A stretch of DNA of 64,000 bases from NCBI GenBank assembly GCA_037379345.1, contig CM074524.1, forward strand, positions 26,408,750 to 26,472,749. The letters run 5' to 3'. The translations under genes were made by a program, and so were the position numbers. Within the stretch, counting starts at the first letter, position 1. Every line of letters starts with the position of its first letter. The notes beneath the pieces were generated by a model. The model searched no databases. It was given only the letters and a program-made list of their open reading frames with translations, and was not told the origin of the DNA. The DNA comes from Perna viridis (Eukaryota). This document shows positions 29,101 through 41,568 of this stretch, in pieces.

Positions 29101-29934
29101 ATAGATGTTGGTATTTTGTTTGTTTATTGACCTTCTTTCAATTCTAGTATGTATAATGCCATAAGTAATTTTATCTGTGTAGTGGTGATAACTTTAAAAC
29201 CTTTTTATGAGGTGCAGGTCTGTTAATGTGTATATTTAACATATTCTGCTAATGGAAGGCTCATCAAACATAATAAAACTACATGTTTTAATCCATTTTT
29301 AACAATGTGTGTGTATTGTATGGCTTAATAGATTCACTGGTAGGGGAATTGATAAGTGGTTTTTGTTTGTTTAAGGTGATATTTACACATGTATGTCAAT
29401 ATTTTTTTTATATATCAACCATACTGAAAACATGGTTGATCATGAAAATAGTTATTGCATGTACATGTAGAAAGCAATGTGGCTGTTAGCACTTTGTTTA
29501 ATTGTTCTTGGTTTAACCCCCTGCTTGAAAAACTAGATGCATATTTTTTGGAGGTGCTATCTCCTCTGAACTTAGATTTTATAAAATTTTGATGATTAGA
29601 GGTCTGCATACAAGCATATGCAAGTTAAGTTTTGTATATTGAATCTTTCTGAAACTGACAGATTTGATTTTTGTGCACCCAATTAAAAAAAAACATGATT
29701 TATTCTGTTAGAACCTGAAATACATTGTATGACAACAGTATACAGAAAGAGAAATGATTTGAACATCATGAAGTGTTGTACAGTAGATGGGGAGATTTTT
29801 CACTCTTACACAATCATTTCTGAGGTATTTGTGTTGTTTTTTTTTAATATGGGTGCACAAAAATGAAAGTTGTCAATTGTCTCTATTGTTTAGACAAATA
29901 AACCAACAATATAGGCTTTGAGTCTTGGTGTATA

Positions 29935-30210
29935 ATTTTCCTTTCCTCTTTTGTTTACCATGGACTTGACTTTCTATGAGCAACTGGGCAGGTGTTTCTA
30001 GAAAACACAGAGGATGCTTACCCTACCAATGCACATGGTCCATGCCCCCCAGTTTTTAGTTGTTCATTTACTTTTGTTCATTTGTATAAATTATTTTGGT
30101 TAGTTTATGTTTTTTCGTTGTTGTGTGTGTCATGTTTTCCCTGTCTGCTTTTTGTCCCTGGATTACACTCAATGATTTCCACCAGAATATTGGTTCCCTT
30201 GGTATAACTC
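29935..30210 (+). mobile_element. Family A PLE 3' UTR copy
   Basis: Matches the entire 3' UTR of 1588-1870 in the opposite orientation. Confidence 0.8.
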
Positions 30211-30651
30211 ATTGATTGAGTGAACAATACAGATTTCAGACATGTTTTCAGGATTATTGTCCTAAGAACTTCACATCTCTAGGTGACCATTAGACATTAG
30301 CAGATTCTACAAACTATTTGGTGTATCAAATATTCCTTCATCAACTCACTTCATGTTTGTAGTTTTCATTTAATGACACAGGATCAATATGTGATTGCAT
30401 GGATGTTATTTGAGATTATGTTTATGGTAGCAAATATAATTGAAGGATTTGTCAATCATGGTTCATTTAGATCTTGTATGGTTTTATGGTTGTTTACATC
30501 AATTTTATTACTTTGACTACCATAAACAGCATGTTGTATTCATTTTATGTCACTAGATGTTGTTATGCATTTATGGGAGATCCTTGCTTTAAGGGATCTA
30601 CCATTAAATTCTATGAGGGAGACTAGAATCATAGATTTAATTTGTTTCCTT

Positions 30652-30880
30652 TTAGGCCAAAACAAAAAAAAACCTTGTTTCCTGCTACCAACAAGAATAA
30701 ATAGGGTAGGTTGGTAGGGAAATTATTTTTTTGTTTTAAATGTTTTACATTAAGTTAACTGGGTAACAGTCTAGAATTCAACAGTGCTTAAGGCAAAATG
30801 GCTTTAAGGTTTAGGGTAAGCACAAAAAAATATCATAGATAGGGTAGCAGGAAACAGACATTTTATTTTTATGGCTTTAC
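30652..30880. mobile_element. MITE (ttaggccaaaa family, possibly PIF/Harbinger-type)
   Basis: tgtttcctgctacc / ggtagcaggaaaca inverted pair with taggcca...tggcttta ends. Confidence 0.55.
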
Positions 30881-33800
30881 CTTCAGTAATTCTGTCCTCA
30901 CATTTATTTTCCATCTTTAGCTAGGGGCATAGTTTATTTGTTGCTTTCAAAACTTGTCTTGAAATCGAAATATTCATGGATGTTTCTGAAAGTGTAATAC
31001 TATTATACCAGTATATCATTCAGTATTGTAAAGAAGGATTATAATTATAACAACTGTTTCTGTACTTTTTTACAAGTACATGTAATATGATAAAAAGATT
31101 TGTTTTGACCAGAGACCATTGTAAACAGGCCCAAACTTTGACCTTTAAATAACAACATATACATGTATATAAATATAAGTGTATTCTCACTGTAGTGTTA
31201 GATTGTACTATACTAATTGATATTTTGTTGAAAATATTTTGCTATGATTGATGATATTCCCTTTCTCATAGCTTGAGTTAGTTGACAGTTTTTGGTTTTA
31301 GTATGTGGCGATTATTCTAATTATATGATAGCATTATCATTATAAACATGTTGTCTACCTAGAACTCCTTAATTTGTATTTTTGATAACAAAAATATGTT
31401 TGAAAGATATTTTGAAAGATTCAACCCTCCCGAAACTGATCTGTTCTACAACTTGACCAATCAATGGTTGCTGATTGATTGATTATCAGTGACTAGTAAC
31501 CAGTAAGATTATAGTTTTGTTATGTAAAATAAAAGGTGATCCATTTATGTAAACTTAAGAATTCTGATAAGAACAAAATCAGATATACATATAATGCATA
31601 TTTTACATTTACATTTAGAAATTTTACATACAATCATGTTTTGAATCTCATTTAAAAATAATTTTGAAAAAAAAGAAAATTAGATAAGATATATATCCAA
31701 TCATATATATTAATTTGTGTAAAATAGATAAATTTAAACTTAACAATTGTATAGTATACATGTACATGTATGAAAGTATAAATATGAATCAATAAGTGGT
31801 ATCCTAATATAAAACAGCCACCTTCTGTAACTGATCACCTTTTTTAAAGATTGGTAGGAGGTTTCAATGACTAATTATTACATTATTTGTACAAAAAAAG
31901 CTTGAATAGTTCTTATCTGAAAAAAAAATATGTATTTATTAAATCAAAGAGTTGTTGCACCAAAATTTGCATTTGTACTTTGCTGTAAAGGTGGAATGTG
32001 ATCAGCATGCACTTGCTATGTAAAACCTTGCTTTTTAAACTTATTCTAAAATTTTGGTATGGTGACTTGCTACAACTGTTGTTGTAAGAATCATTGTTGT
32101 TACTTGATACAAACATTTATCTTATACAATGTAGTTTTAAGACAGAACCATATTTTTTTTCTTGGCCTCATGTAAATGTTTATCAAACCAAGTTATGAAA
32201 TCTTGCTCTCATCGCATCAGAATACAAGTAATAAAAATCATACCTATTCTGTTTCCCTAAACAAGGACATTGTGTTAACAAGACTAATTGGTACAAACCT
32301 AAAAAGAAGTCAACTTGTATTGACTTGAATAATGAATAATACATTATCATAGTTGAGAACATCAGGTGCTTCTAATCTGTATTACTACAACCTTGCCAAA
32401 TCTACCATGCACTTTTGGTAATTCAAGTCGCTTTGTATGAATTACTATGAATAATTGAAATGTATAAATCTACAATGCTAACTCCTTACAATCCACACAA
32501 TGTATGTGTAAAACGAGTGATAGAGAATAATTAATTATAATATACTCCAGAAAGACTAAATTGTAGTGAGTGTATATTTTTTTGTGTCACATTATTGCTT
32601 CTTGTGGCACTGATTCAAGTGGGCCCCAGCTTTAATTATCCCCCTCCTTAAAATGTGAAGTATTGGATTTGTCTCCGGTCACATATAAAAAAATGTAGTA
32701 CTAGTACATGGCAGTCATTTTAAAATGAGGACAGGCCGTAATGTTATGATTATAACAACCACTGCACAGTGCTTTATCATATATATACATGACGAATGCA
32801 TACATATTGAAAATCTACCCTAAATCTGGACAGATTGAAGTACATAAAAGACACGAAAGATTAGTGGGAGGTAGTAATTGCAATTTTAAGTAGTTGTGTC
32901 TAAGGAAAAAATAAATGTTGGCATTTTCATTATGATTAAAAAATTGAAGAGAAAAATAGAAACGAAGTGAATGAAATGGCAGCAGAAGATGTACCTACCT
33001 GTCAATGCATTGGACTCAAACTGTTTTTATTTCAACCATGTTTTATGCATGCAAATCAATTATTTTTCCTAGGAAACATGAGCTAAGATAAATAATGGAA
33101 TCTGCCTGCTTTATTGAACTGCAATTTTTCTACTGCAGTAGATTACTTCCTGACAGTATTTGTATGGCATTATTTCAAAAGTCAATTAACAGTTTTGTTT
33201 ACCTAATCTTTGCCACTTCTTTCAATACCTATTATTACATAGAAATTTCACTCAGAGAAAATTTTAATGCTTATATTATAAATTACAGGCTAATGTCCAA
33301 TTTTGCGAATTGTGTTTAGATTTGTTTGTGAATTTCAATCATTTTATACCCCACCAGTGATGCCCTCTGAAAAGTTGTACTTCTGTTCTTCTGTCTGTCT
33401 CCTGATCATATTCCTAGTTGATTACATGAGAACGTATCAATGAACGTGTTTGAAACTGCAGAGTTATTTAGTGTTAGGTCTTGATTTTCCTGTACTTCCT
33501 GAGTTTTTGGAATTGTAATCTATTTTAATTCATTCACTTTACGAGGAATGCAAATCGTCTTCATCTTTGTTTCCTGTTTCACATTCAGGCAATATACATT
33601 TCTTTAGAGATTGATAAATTTGAATGTCCTGATATTTGATATTTGTCCCAAAGTGCTAAACTACTCTTCAATGACTACGTCATCATCCCCACAAAAACTT
33701 AATTCCTGACAAACTACACCACTGAACATGTTACTATCATGTGTACTATATGTATGTATTGAACATGCAATTTGATTTTATCTATAAGTTTGACATAATT

Positions 33801-35366
33801 TGTCATTTAAAAGTTTTAGAATTAATGCCTAACAAGGAATTATGTCATGGTCCTTCAGTTTTGTATAACATGTTTATGATTGTTATGACGATTTAATGTC
33901 TTTATTTATTTAAGTATAATGTAATTAGTCATATGTTTTAAGGGTTTTTAAATGAAAGTCTATAAATTCAGTTTTATTAATAGTAGCCTGATCTATTGAC
34001 ATCACAGTCTAGGTAGACCTGTAGAATTTCAAAGAGGTGAAGAAAGGGAGGCTAAGCCGAGGTCCAAGTTGAAAGCTGAAAAATCACTGATTAAGATGAA
34101 TTTGAGACAATTTATATGTAACTCCTATAGTACTTTATGAAACTGATTCATCAGTTGACAGTAAACCATCATTTTCCCTCATTTGGTTTATCAATTCAAT
34201 ATCTCTACTATCTTGACTATTTATTTTCCAGACTGACACTATAATTAACCTGTGTTTCATAATGTATTGGTGCATTTTTTGCTGCAATTTATTCTTAAGA
34301 TTTTTATTGCCTACAAAAATTGTGGAAAGATTTTTTCTCACAGAAATGAGCATGTTTACGGTATTAGGATTAAGGAAGACATGTCTTTATTTTGTCAGAG
34401 ATTTTTGGTTCAAACAAATGTTAATGTACCGGTATGTATGCTGTTTAACCACCATTTCAATCAGAAATATCTGTACCATGTCATGTCCATTATTGTTGTT
34501 TCCACCAACCTTCTGTTTTGCCTTGATATTGCCTTTGCCATTTATTATGTGAGATTTCCTTCTTTTGGAATTTTCTCTTGAGTATTGCCTACATCTGACT
34601 ATTGGCAATAGTTATTCTGTTATTTGATCATGTTGTTAGTACTTAGTGTCTAGCTTGAGTCAGACTTATTGTAACAGTAGATGAGTTTAAAGATGGACTA
34701 TAAAATCCATCTATCATGTATCCTAATCCCTTTCAGAACCCTTTGTTTCTGTAAACCTCAAACTCTCTAATGTAAAATAAGTAGAGTCAATTAATCAAAA
34801 TGGACATCAGTCATGACGGCATGAAACAGATACATCTAGCCAATCCTTATAAAAGTTTTACTTAAGGTTTCAAGGAAATATCAACTTTAGAAATAATAGA
34901 TCTTGTTTTTTTTTCAAGTTGAGAATCATACTTTTATGGTGAAACTGTCAACTTATTTAAGCATATTATGTTTCATTACTCCAACATGAAAGAATGAATT
35001 GTTGGATTTCATGTGGTGAATTCAAAATTAAAAATGCATTTGTTATTGCCTTTTTATTATTAAAGCTGAAAATGCAATTTTATATATTTTTTTCAGCCAA
35101 TTTTGGCACAGTAATAATAAGTATTAACAATAAGAAAGTTATATAACAGATACATTGAAGTATGTGTATTATGTAAATTAGACATTATAATGATGGCTTA
35201 AATATGATTCACTAGAAAAAAGTTTAAAACAAATAATGCATTGCTTAATACGAAGTATGATGCAAACAGTTATCAAAATACATTTTGAAGTTTTATTTAA
35301 AAGTGAGACAATCTTTTATTTGACAAAGAAAGAAATTTTTGCATTTAAACTTTTTTATTTTGTACT

Positions 35367-35835
35367 TTATGCTAGTGCTTGCTGTAACTACATGTACACA
35401 GGCTTTTTGTACCACATAAGACATCTTTCAATAAAGCTTCTGGAACAAAGTTATTTTGCTACAAATTTGATTTTATGGTCGTCATCATGAACTCGTGTAT
35501 TGTTACAGTGTATCCATCTGCACCATGAGAACTGATTTATTCAACTTGCCATAGTTTTCCTTTCCTCTTTTGTCTTTTCTGGTCTTGACTTTATATGAAC
35601 AACTTGTTGATTGTTTCTAGAAAAGCAGAGGACACTTACCCTACTGGTGTACCTGGTCAATTCTCCCAGATTTCAGTGGAGTCTGAGTTGCTCTTATACT
35701 TTGTGGTGCTTTGTATGTAGTGTTTTGGTTGTTTTATGTTCTTTGTTGTGTGTGTCTGTTCTCCATGTCTGGTTTTTGACCTTGAATTGCATTCTTTAGA
35801 TATCTGCTAAATCATGTTCCCATTGATTACTCTTA
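35367..35835 (+). mobile_element. Family A PLE copy: RT tail plus 3' UTR
   Basis: Decayed match to the RT end (aagcttctggaacaa...catgaactcgtg...actgatttattcaac...atag) followed by the family 3' UTR. Confidence 0.8.
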
Positions 35836-35869
35836 CAGAAAACAGTTACAGGATTTCTGTTGAATGACA

Positions 35870-38215
35870 GTTTATGAGTTGTTTGACAAAATGTTTTTTT
35901 ATGGTTTAAATCTACATACCGAGCCATTTATGTATTACTGTGTACCCATTGGCCTAGAACATTTATATTCATCTTATGATGAACTCCTTCGACTATTGTA
36001 TTATATGTTGCACTCACTAGTCTCTGAATAGTGTTCCTGCTTTGATGTTTGTTTAATAGTTTAACCCAGTTGTGACAAATGGGCATTATATAATGTTCTT
36101 TGAGATAAGACAGTGAATAACAAGAATACTGTAAATTAAATTAATTTGATTTTTTGCTGATATAAAAAATGATTTACTGCATTTTTTTTTCTACCTTGTT
36201 AGAAATGTTTTATGCATCATTAATCATATGATCATAGTTATGCATCATTAAAGTTTTATTTTAGTTTATTGGTAGCAATGAATGGAGATTATATTTCTAG
36301 ATTTTTTAAAAATTTTTTTTTTGCATTGAACCTTTTATACAAGTTTACAAGTGTTTAAAGTTTTATTTGGTGACTATTTTGTGTAAAATGAGTACACATT
36401 GAAATGCTGCCAAGAATGTGTCACTCACTCACTACCTTTATCATACTATATTGATTTCAACTTTGAGGTGAAGGTTAATAACAAAATAAAGTCTAGGCAA
36501 AAGTAAATGGCAAAAGTAATAAAAGAAAGTCCATATAACAATTGACAATATCAGGGCAAAAACGTTCAAGTCGGAATTAACCACAATAGTTCTGGCATGG
36601 TACAGACATTTCTGGTTTCATAGCATTATATTACCATATTACCCAAACCTTGAATATCAATTCCATTTCCATGAATTGTTTCTGGTTTATTGCAAAACAT
36701 AAAGTTTCCACTGTGAAGTGTTAACATGTGTGGTCAAAACAGTACAGACAAATTATTTATGACAGTTTGAAAATCTATTGTTTTTTAAAAAAGTTGTCAA
36801 TTGGATATGGGTATCATTTCAAAAGTAGGCCATGTTTGAAACATTCCTTTGGAACAAGACAAGAATGTAAATAGGGTATTGCTATTTCACCACATAGACT
36901 GTTTTTGTTAATTACTGAATAATTACATGATAAATTATATGTTCCTTTATTAATCATTACTTGATTGCTATTATATAAAGCAGTTTTCTTAAATGACTGT
37001 TCTAGAGTTGTTTACCTAAATGTTTTTTTTTTTAAATTAAATCTACATATTCCATAACAAGCCATTTATATATTATTTTGTACCTACTGGCCTAGAACAT
37101 TTACATTCTTCTTATGATGCAAGGGTGGGGAATATCCACTGAAATGAACCAAATAATGATATGAAATCATATGACTTTATTGTCTAGTATGATGCACTCA
37201 CTAGTCTCTTAATAGTGCTCCTGCTTTGATGATAATTTAATAGTTTAACCAAGTTATGACAAATGTGCATTATAAATGAGAGAAAATGCAATCAGTTTTA
37301 GCTAAAGATCTGTATAAAGTACTGTAAATCTAATTATTTGGATTTTTTTACTGATATTAAAAATGATTTACTGCATTTTTCTAACGTCTTAGGAATGTTT
37401 CATACATCATTAATTGTTTGGTCAAACTTATGCATCGTTAAAGTTTTATTTTATTTTATTGGTGGTAATGAGTTTTGATTATCTTTATAAATGTTTTTTA
37501 TTGCCTTGTAGCATTCTATACAAACATTTACAAGTGTTTAAAGTTTTATTTGGTGACTAGTTTGTGTAAAAAGAAATGTTTTTTTCCTTCCTGTTTTTTT
37601 TTCTTTTGAAACTTTTTAAAGCTATTTTATTTTAATTTAAGAAAGATGAATAAGTGTACATATTTAAATGCTGTCAAGAGTGTGTCACTTACCGGTACTC
37701 ACTACCTTTTCATACTATATTGATTTCAACTTTGGTGTGAAGGTTAATATTAAGATAAAGCCTAGGCAAAAGTAAATGGCAAAAGTAATAAAAGAAAGTC
37801 CATATAACAATTGACGATATCAGGGCAAAAACCAGAAAGTCAGAAACAACCACAATGGTCCTGGCTTCGTGCAAAAATTTCTGATGGAAAGCATTGGGGA
37901 ATCCAGGTTTTATAGCATTATTAGGTAGACCTTCAATCCCAATTCAATTGCTGTTAATTGTTTCTGGTTTATTGCAAAACATAAAGTCTCCACCAGGAAG
38001 TGTTAACATGTGTAGTCAAAACAGTACAGATTTTTTGATATTTTGAAAATATGATTTTTTGTTAGTTCTCAGTTGGATATGGATATCATTTCAAAAGTAG
38101 GCCATGTTTAAAACATTCCTTGGGAACAAGAAAGGAATGTAAATATTACACCACTGAGACAGTTATTGTTAATTAGTATATAATTATATGAGAAATTATA
38201 TGTTCCAGTATTTAG
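35870..38215. repeat. Diverged ~1.15 kb tandem duplication in intron 2
   Basis: About 35870-36960 aligns colinearly with about 37005-38215 (shared blocks such as ctaggcaaaagtaaatggcaaaagtaataaaagaaagtccatataacaattgac). Confidence 0.9.
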
Positions 38216-38904
38216 CATCCTCCAAAGAGGATTTGAGAAGTAATGTTGCTTGTGGTTTTCAATGAATTATACAATAAACACCTGGGTCATAAACTTAGTC
38301 ATGTGACATGGTTATACTACAAAATTGCCCAAGGCTATTTTTTTGTCAAAAATACTGGTGTGTTCTACTTGGTTTCAATTTGGTATAAAGTGTTGGTCAT
38401 GTGCAATATGTCCTTTGGTCAAGTACACCTGATACATGATAATAAGTTTTAAGGAGTAATGGATAAATTAGGTGGTGTTCAGAGGGTGTTGATTTTGATA
38501 AATATGATTTTTAGTTTTTTGTGTTGACTCTTTGAAGTCCTGTATTTGATTTATCAACAGTTCCTCCAATGTATGTATGCTTTTGATATTTCCTCTTTTT
38601 CATAGTGTGTGTTTCCGGCATATAATATGTTAAGATTATTTCTTAAACAGGACCCTAAATTCTACCAAAGTCTATTGTATAAGTCACTAAAATAAGGATA
38701 TTCAAAATGTAGATGAGGATTTCAATGTATCTTGCATGAATACATATAATGCAGCATAGTACATACAGCAAAGGTTCCAAAAAGTGGGTGTTACCTGCAT
38801 ATTGAAAACAGGTTTAGAAGAGAGCATCGAAATTGAGGTCATTGATAGATTTACCATCAAAACAAAAGTGGTACATGAGTACACGATTTAACTGTCTATT
38901 ACAG

Positions 38905-39049
38905 AGTCAACAATTTACGGATGGCATATGGCCTCTATGATGGAATGGATGCTAAGTGCTCAGAGACCAAAGGATTTGATGAATTAGCTGAACTTTGTAG
39001 AATGATGATGAAGTCAATTGAGGTCAATAAACCTTTATGGGCAGCTATG
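38905..39049 (+). CDS. Exon 3 of uncharacterised secreted protein
   Basis: Acceptor tctattacag|, donor ATG|gtaggt; phase 2 in, phase 0 out: (R)VNNLRMAYGLYDGMDAKCSETKGFDELAELCRMMMKSIEVNKPLWAAM (overlaps ORF 38921..39250). Confidence 0.8.
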
Positions 39050-41421
39050 GTAGGTACATGTACAAAACAACCACCATTACATAAAGGAATAAAAACAGAT
39101 AAAAAAAACAACTGTGGAGGTTTAATGTTCTGGGGAAATCATTTTTTATTGATTTTGTTGGTTTGGCAAACCACAAAAATTAAATCTCAACGAAATGGAA
39201 ATTTTGTATGGTACCAATTGTATGGTAGAGTTGTCGAATCAATGAATTAAAGAATCTGAGAATTTGTATTTTTTTCCCTGAACCTCGAAAATTGGTATCC
39301 ATGAACCTCGAAAATTGGTATCCACAAATAAAAGTACTTTCAAAGTAATCTCTGTATAAAATTCAGACACTGCCAATGATAGAGGTGATACTAAGTTCAG
39401 TAATCCCACCAAACAAATCATGCCTGTTTAGTCTACATATGCCATATTCGTAGCTAACTATACTACTGTTAACACTAGTATTAATTTATCCACTTTACAA
39501 AGTGCAGATATTATGAATGGAGTCGAAAGGTCACCTCTCTCCATAGTGGAGTCACCATTTCAAAAATTATCAGTAGTTTACTACTCCTATCTTTATACCA
39601 AGGTATAGTTAATGGTTTGCCCAGATTAAGAACATTTCTCGGTTATGGACAGAAAAAAATGTTGAAAAGTGACGAAATGGAGCAATTATACCTTGTTTTT
39701 ACTTTGACAGAGTCTGAGTGGAGGGCATGAGTGACTCCACTGTGAAGAGTGGAGAAATTAAAATTTTGGTTGACAGTAGTGTAGTTTCTGTATACTGATC
39801 TGACATATATTGAAAAAAATATAATGTTGTTTGTCTCCCTCTTACAACAACCAAAGTTGTAAATTGCCAGTTTCATATACAATATAGTAAAAAATTACCC
39901 CGTAATTGAAACAAGTGACTGACAAACTAGGACTCGTCATATTATGTAAATGTTAAATGAAAGGTAATAAAGTGGGTTTTGAGATGCATGTATTACCCAG
40001 TGTCTTTCATTTATAAGGACATCTACCTAAGAAAGTTGTCAGATTAAACAGATGGATAATCTCTAACCACTGATAGACACATTTTGAGTTGCCAAATTAT
40101 TTTATGTTATTGAAGTATAATGGCATGTTTTCATTTTGAACAGACAAGTTGGGGTGAACAAGTTTACATTAACTGATTATTACATGAATGCAAATATTTT
40201 TTTTTCTTTGTCATATTTGCAATCTTTATGGTGTTACTCTCCATTAAAGTGGCTTTATAGGCATCAATGGAAAACGCTAATAGTTGACTATTATCCACTG
40301 TCATCTATTGACATTTCCATTATGTCATTCTGTAATTACAATGTAGTTTTCTGAAAACATTATCAGACCTCTGCAGGAGATCTGTTTGAGTCATATTTTA
40401 GAAAATATATGATAACAAATATGAAAAACCCTTTGAAACAATATTGAATGACTCACTGAACACCCTGGAAATTACGTAATTGATTATTCCAATCTATTAA
40501 TGCCCATTAGGTTAGATCCTGTTTGAGATTATGTGATGCTGATAGCAGTTATAGAGTGAAATACTTCAATCTTTTCTATAAATGCATCTATATATTGAAT
40601 TAGATGAAAGACATAGCTAATATTTTATCTGTTCATTGACATGAATGACAGCTTGAGTTGAATCTATGAGTATTAGTGCTACCTTATCACAAGACACTTC
40701 CATTAATGAATTGACAAATGAAATTTCTATTCATTCAGACAAGTGTCTGGTTTATTTAAAGAATCCCTAGAAACCAAAGAATTGTTTAAAGAAGCTGGGT
40801 TAACCATGAGTGACCATTCATTTCTAAATAGAATGACACCTTTTTAGATGAATGATTATTTTTTATTGTATGTAGCAACCCTGAAAGCGTTTCGGTGCTA
40901 ACAAATTAAGTAAAAGCTTTGTCACCATCTTGGAATTGTTTCTTTATTGTAACTAGACATTGGCTGGTCTGTCTACATGTTAGCACAGTTTTTTATCTGT
41001 ATTTGGCTTTATTGTGTTACAAAATGTTTTTTGTAAGATTTAATTACTATAATTCTTGTTTGTAATTGAATTGTACATGCAGCAATAGTTAAAATTGTGT
41101 TGAGGTTTATGTACCTCAACTCTATTACAATGCTTATCACGAAAATAATATTTTGCTTTTAAATTACAATTATTGAAATTATACTGACTTGCATGTATTG
41201 TTCCCTTTAATATACGGTTATCAGAATTCATCTTTGATATTTGTAAAAGCACCATTTAAAGGAAGTAAACCCAAGGATTCTGAAAAGATCATCAAGAATG
41301 GAGTATTTGTAGATAGTACATGCAGTGAATGGGTGGATCATTTGTCAAGGCCACTTTATTAGCTTGTGGATATGTCAGATAGATTTTGAAGGTCAAATGA
41401 TATTATTATTTGCTTTTGTAG

Positions 41422-41568
41422 GTTACAGATGCATCGTGTGATTACCACAAAGAAAATAGAGTTCTACTAAACAGAACTGTAGAAAACTTTGTATGGCATG
41501 ACATGCCGGCAGGATATGGCTGGATTCATACCCTCCAGTGTATGGCCATCATTCGTAACACAGGATAA
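41422..41568 (+). CDS. Terminal coding exon 4 of uncharacterised secreted protein
   Basis: Acceptor tgcttttgtag|, phase 0: VTDASCDYHKENRVLLNRTVENFVWHDMPAGYGWIHTLQCMAIIRNTG-TAA. The four exons total 522 nt, one uninterrupted 173-aa frame. Confidence 0.78.
   Translation, partial: VTDASCDYHKENRVLLNRTVENFVWHDMPAGYGWIHTLQCMAIIRNTG

Noticed and set aside
18502-34431. Extra exons at acceptor-like sites near 18502, 28620 and 34400
   Set aside because: They hit early stops in the required phase or lack convincing coding character; they are not needed to complete the reading frame.
17183-41469. Direct splicing of exon 2 to exon 4 (ending RLQMHRVITTKKIEFY*)
   Set aside because: Including exon 3 restores phase and gives a longer protein with an even cysteine count.
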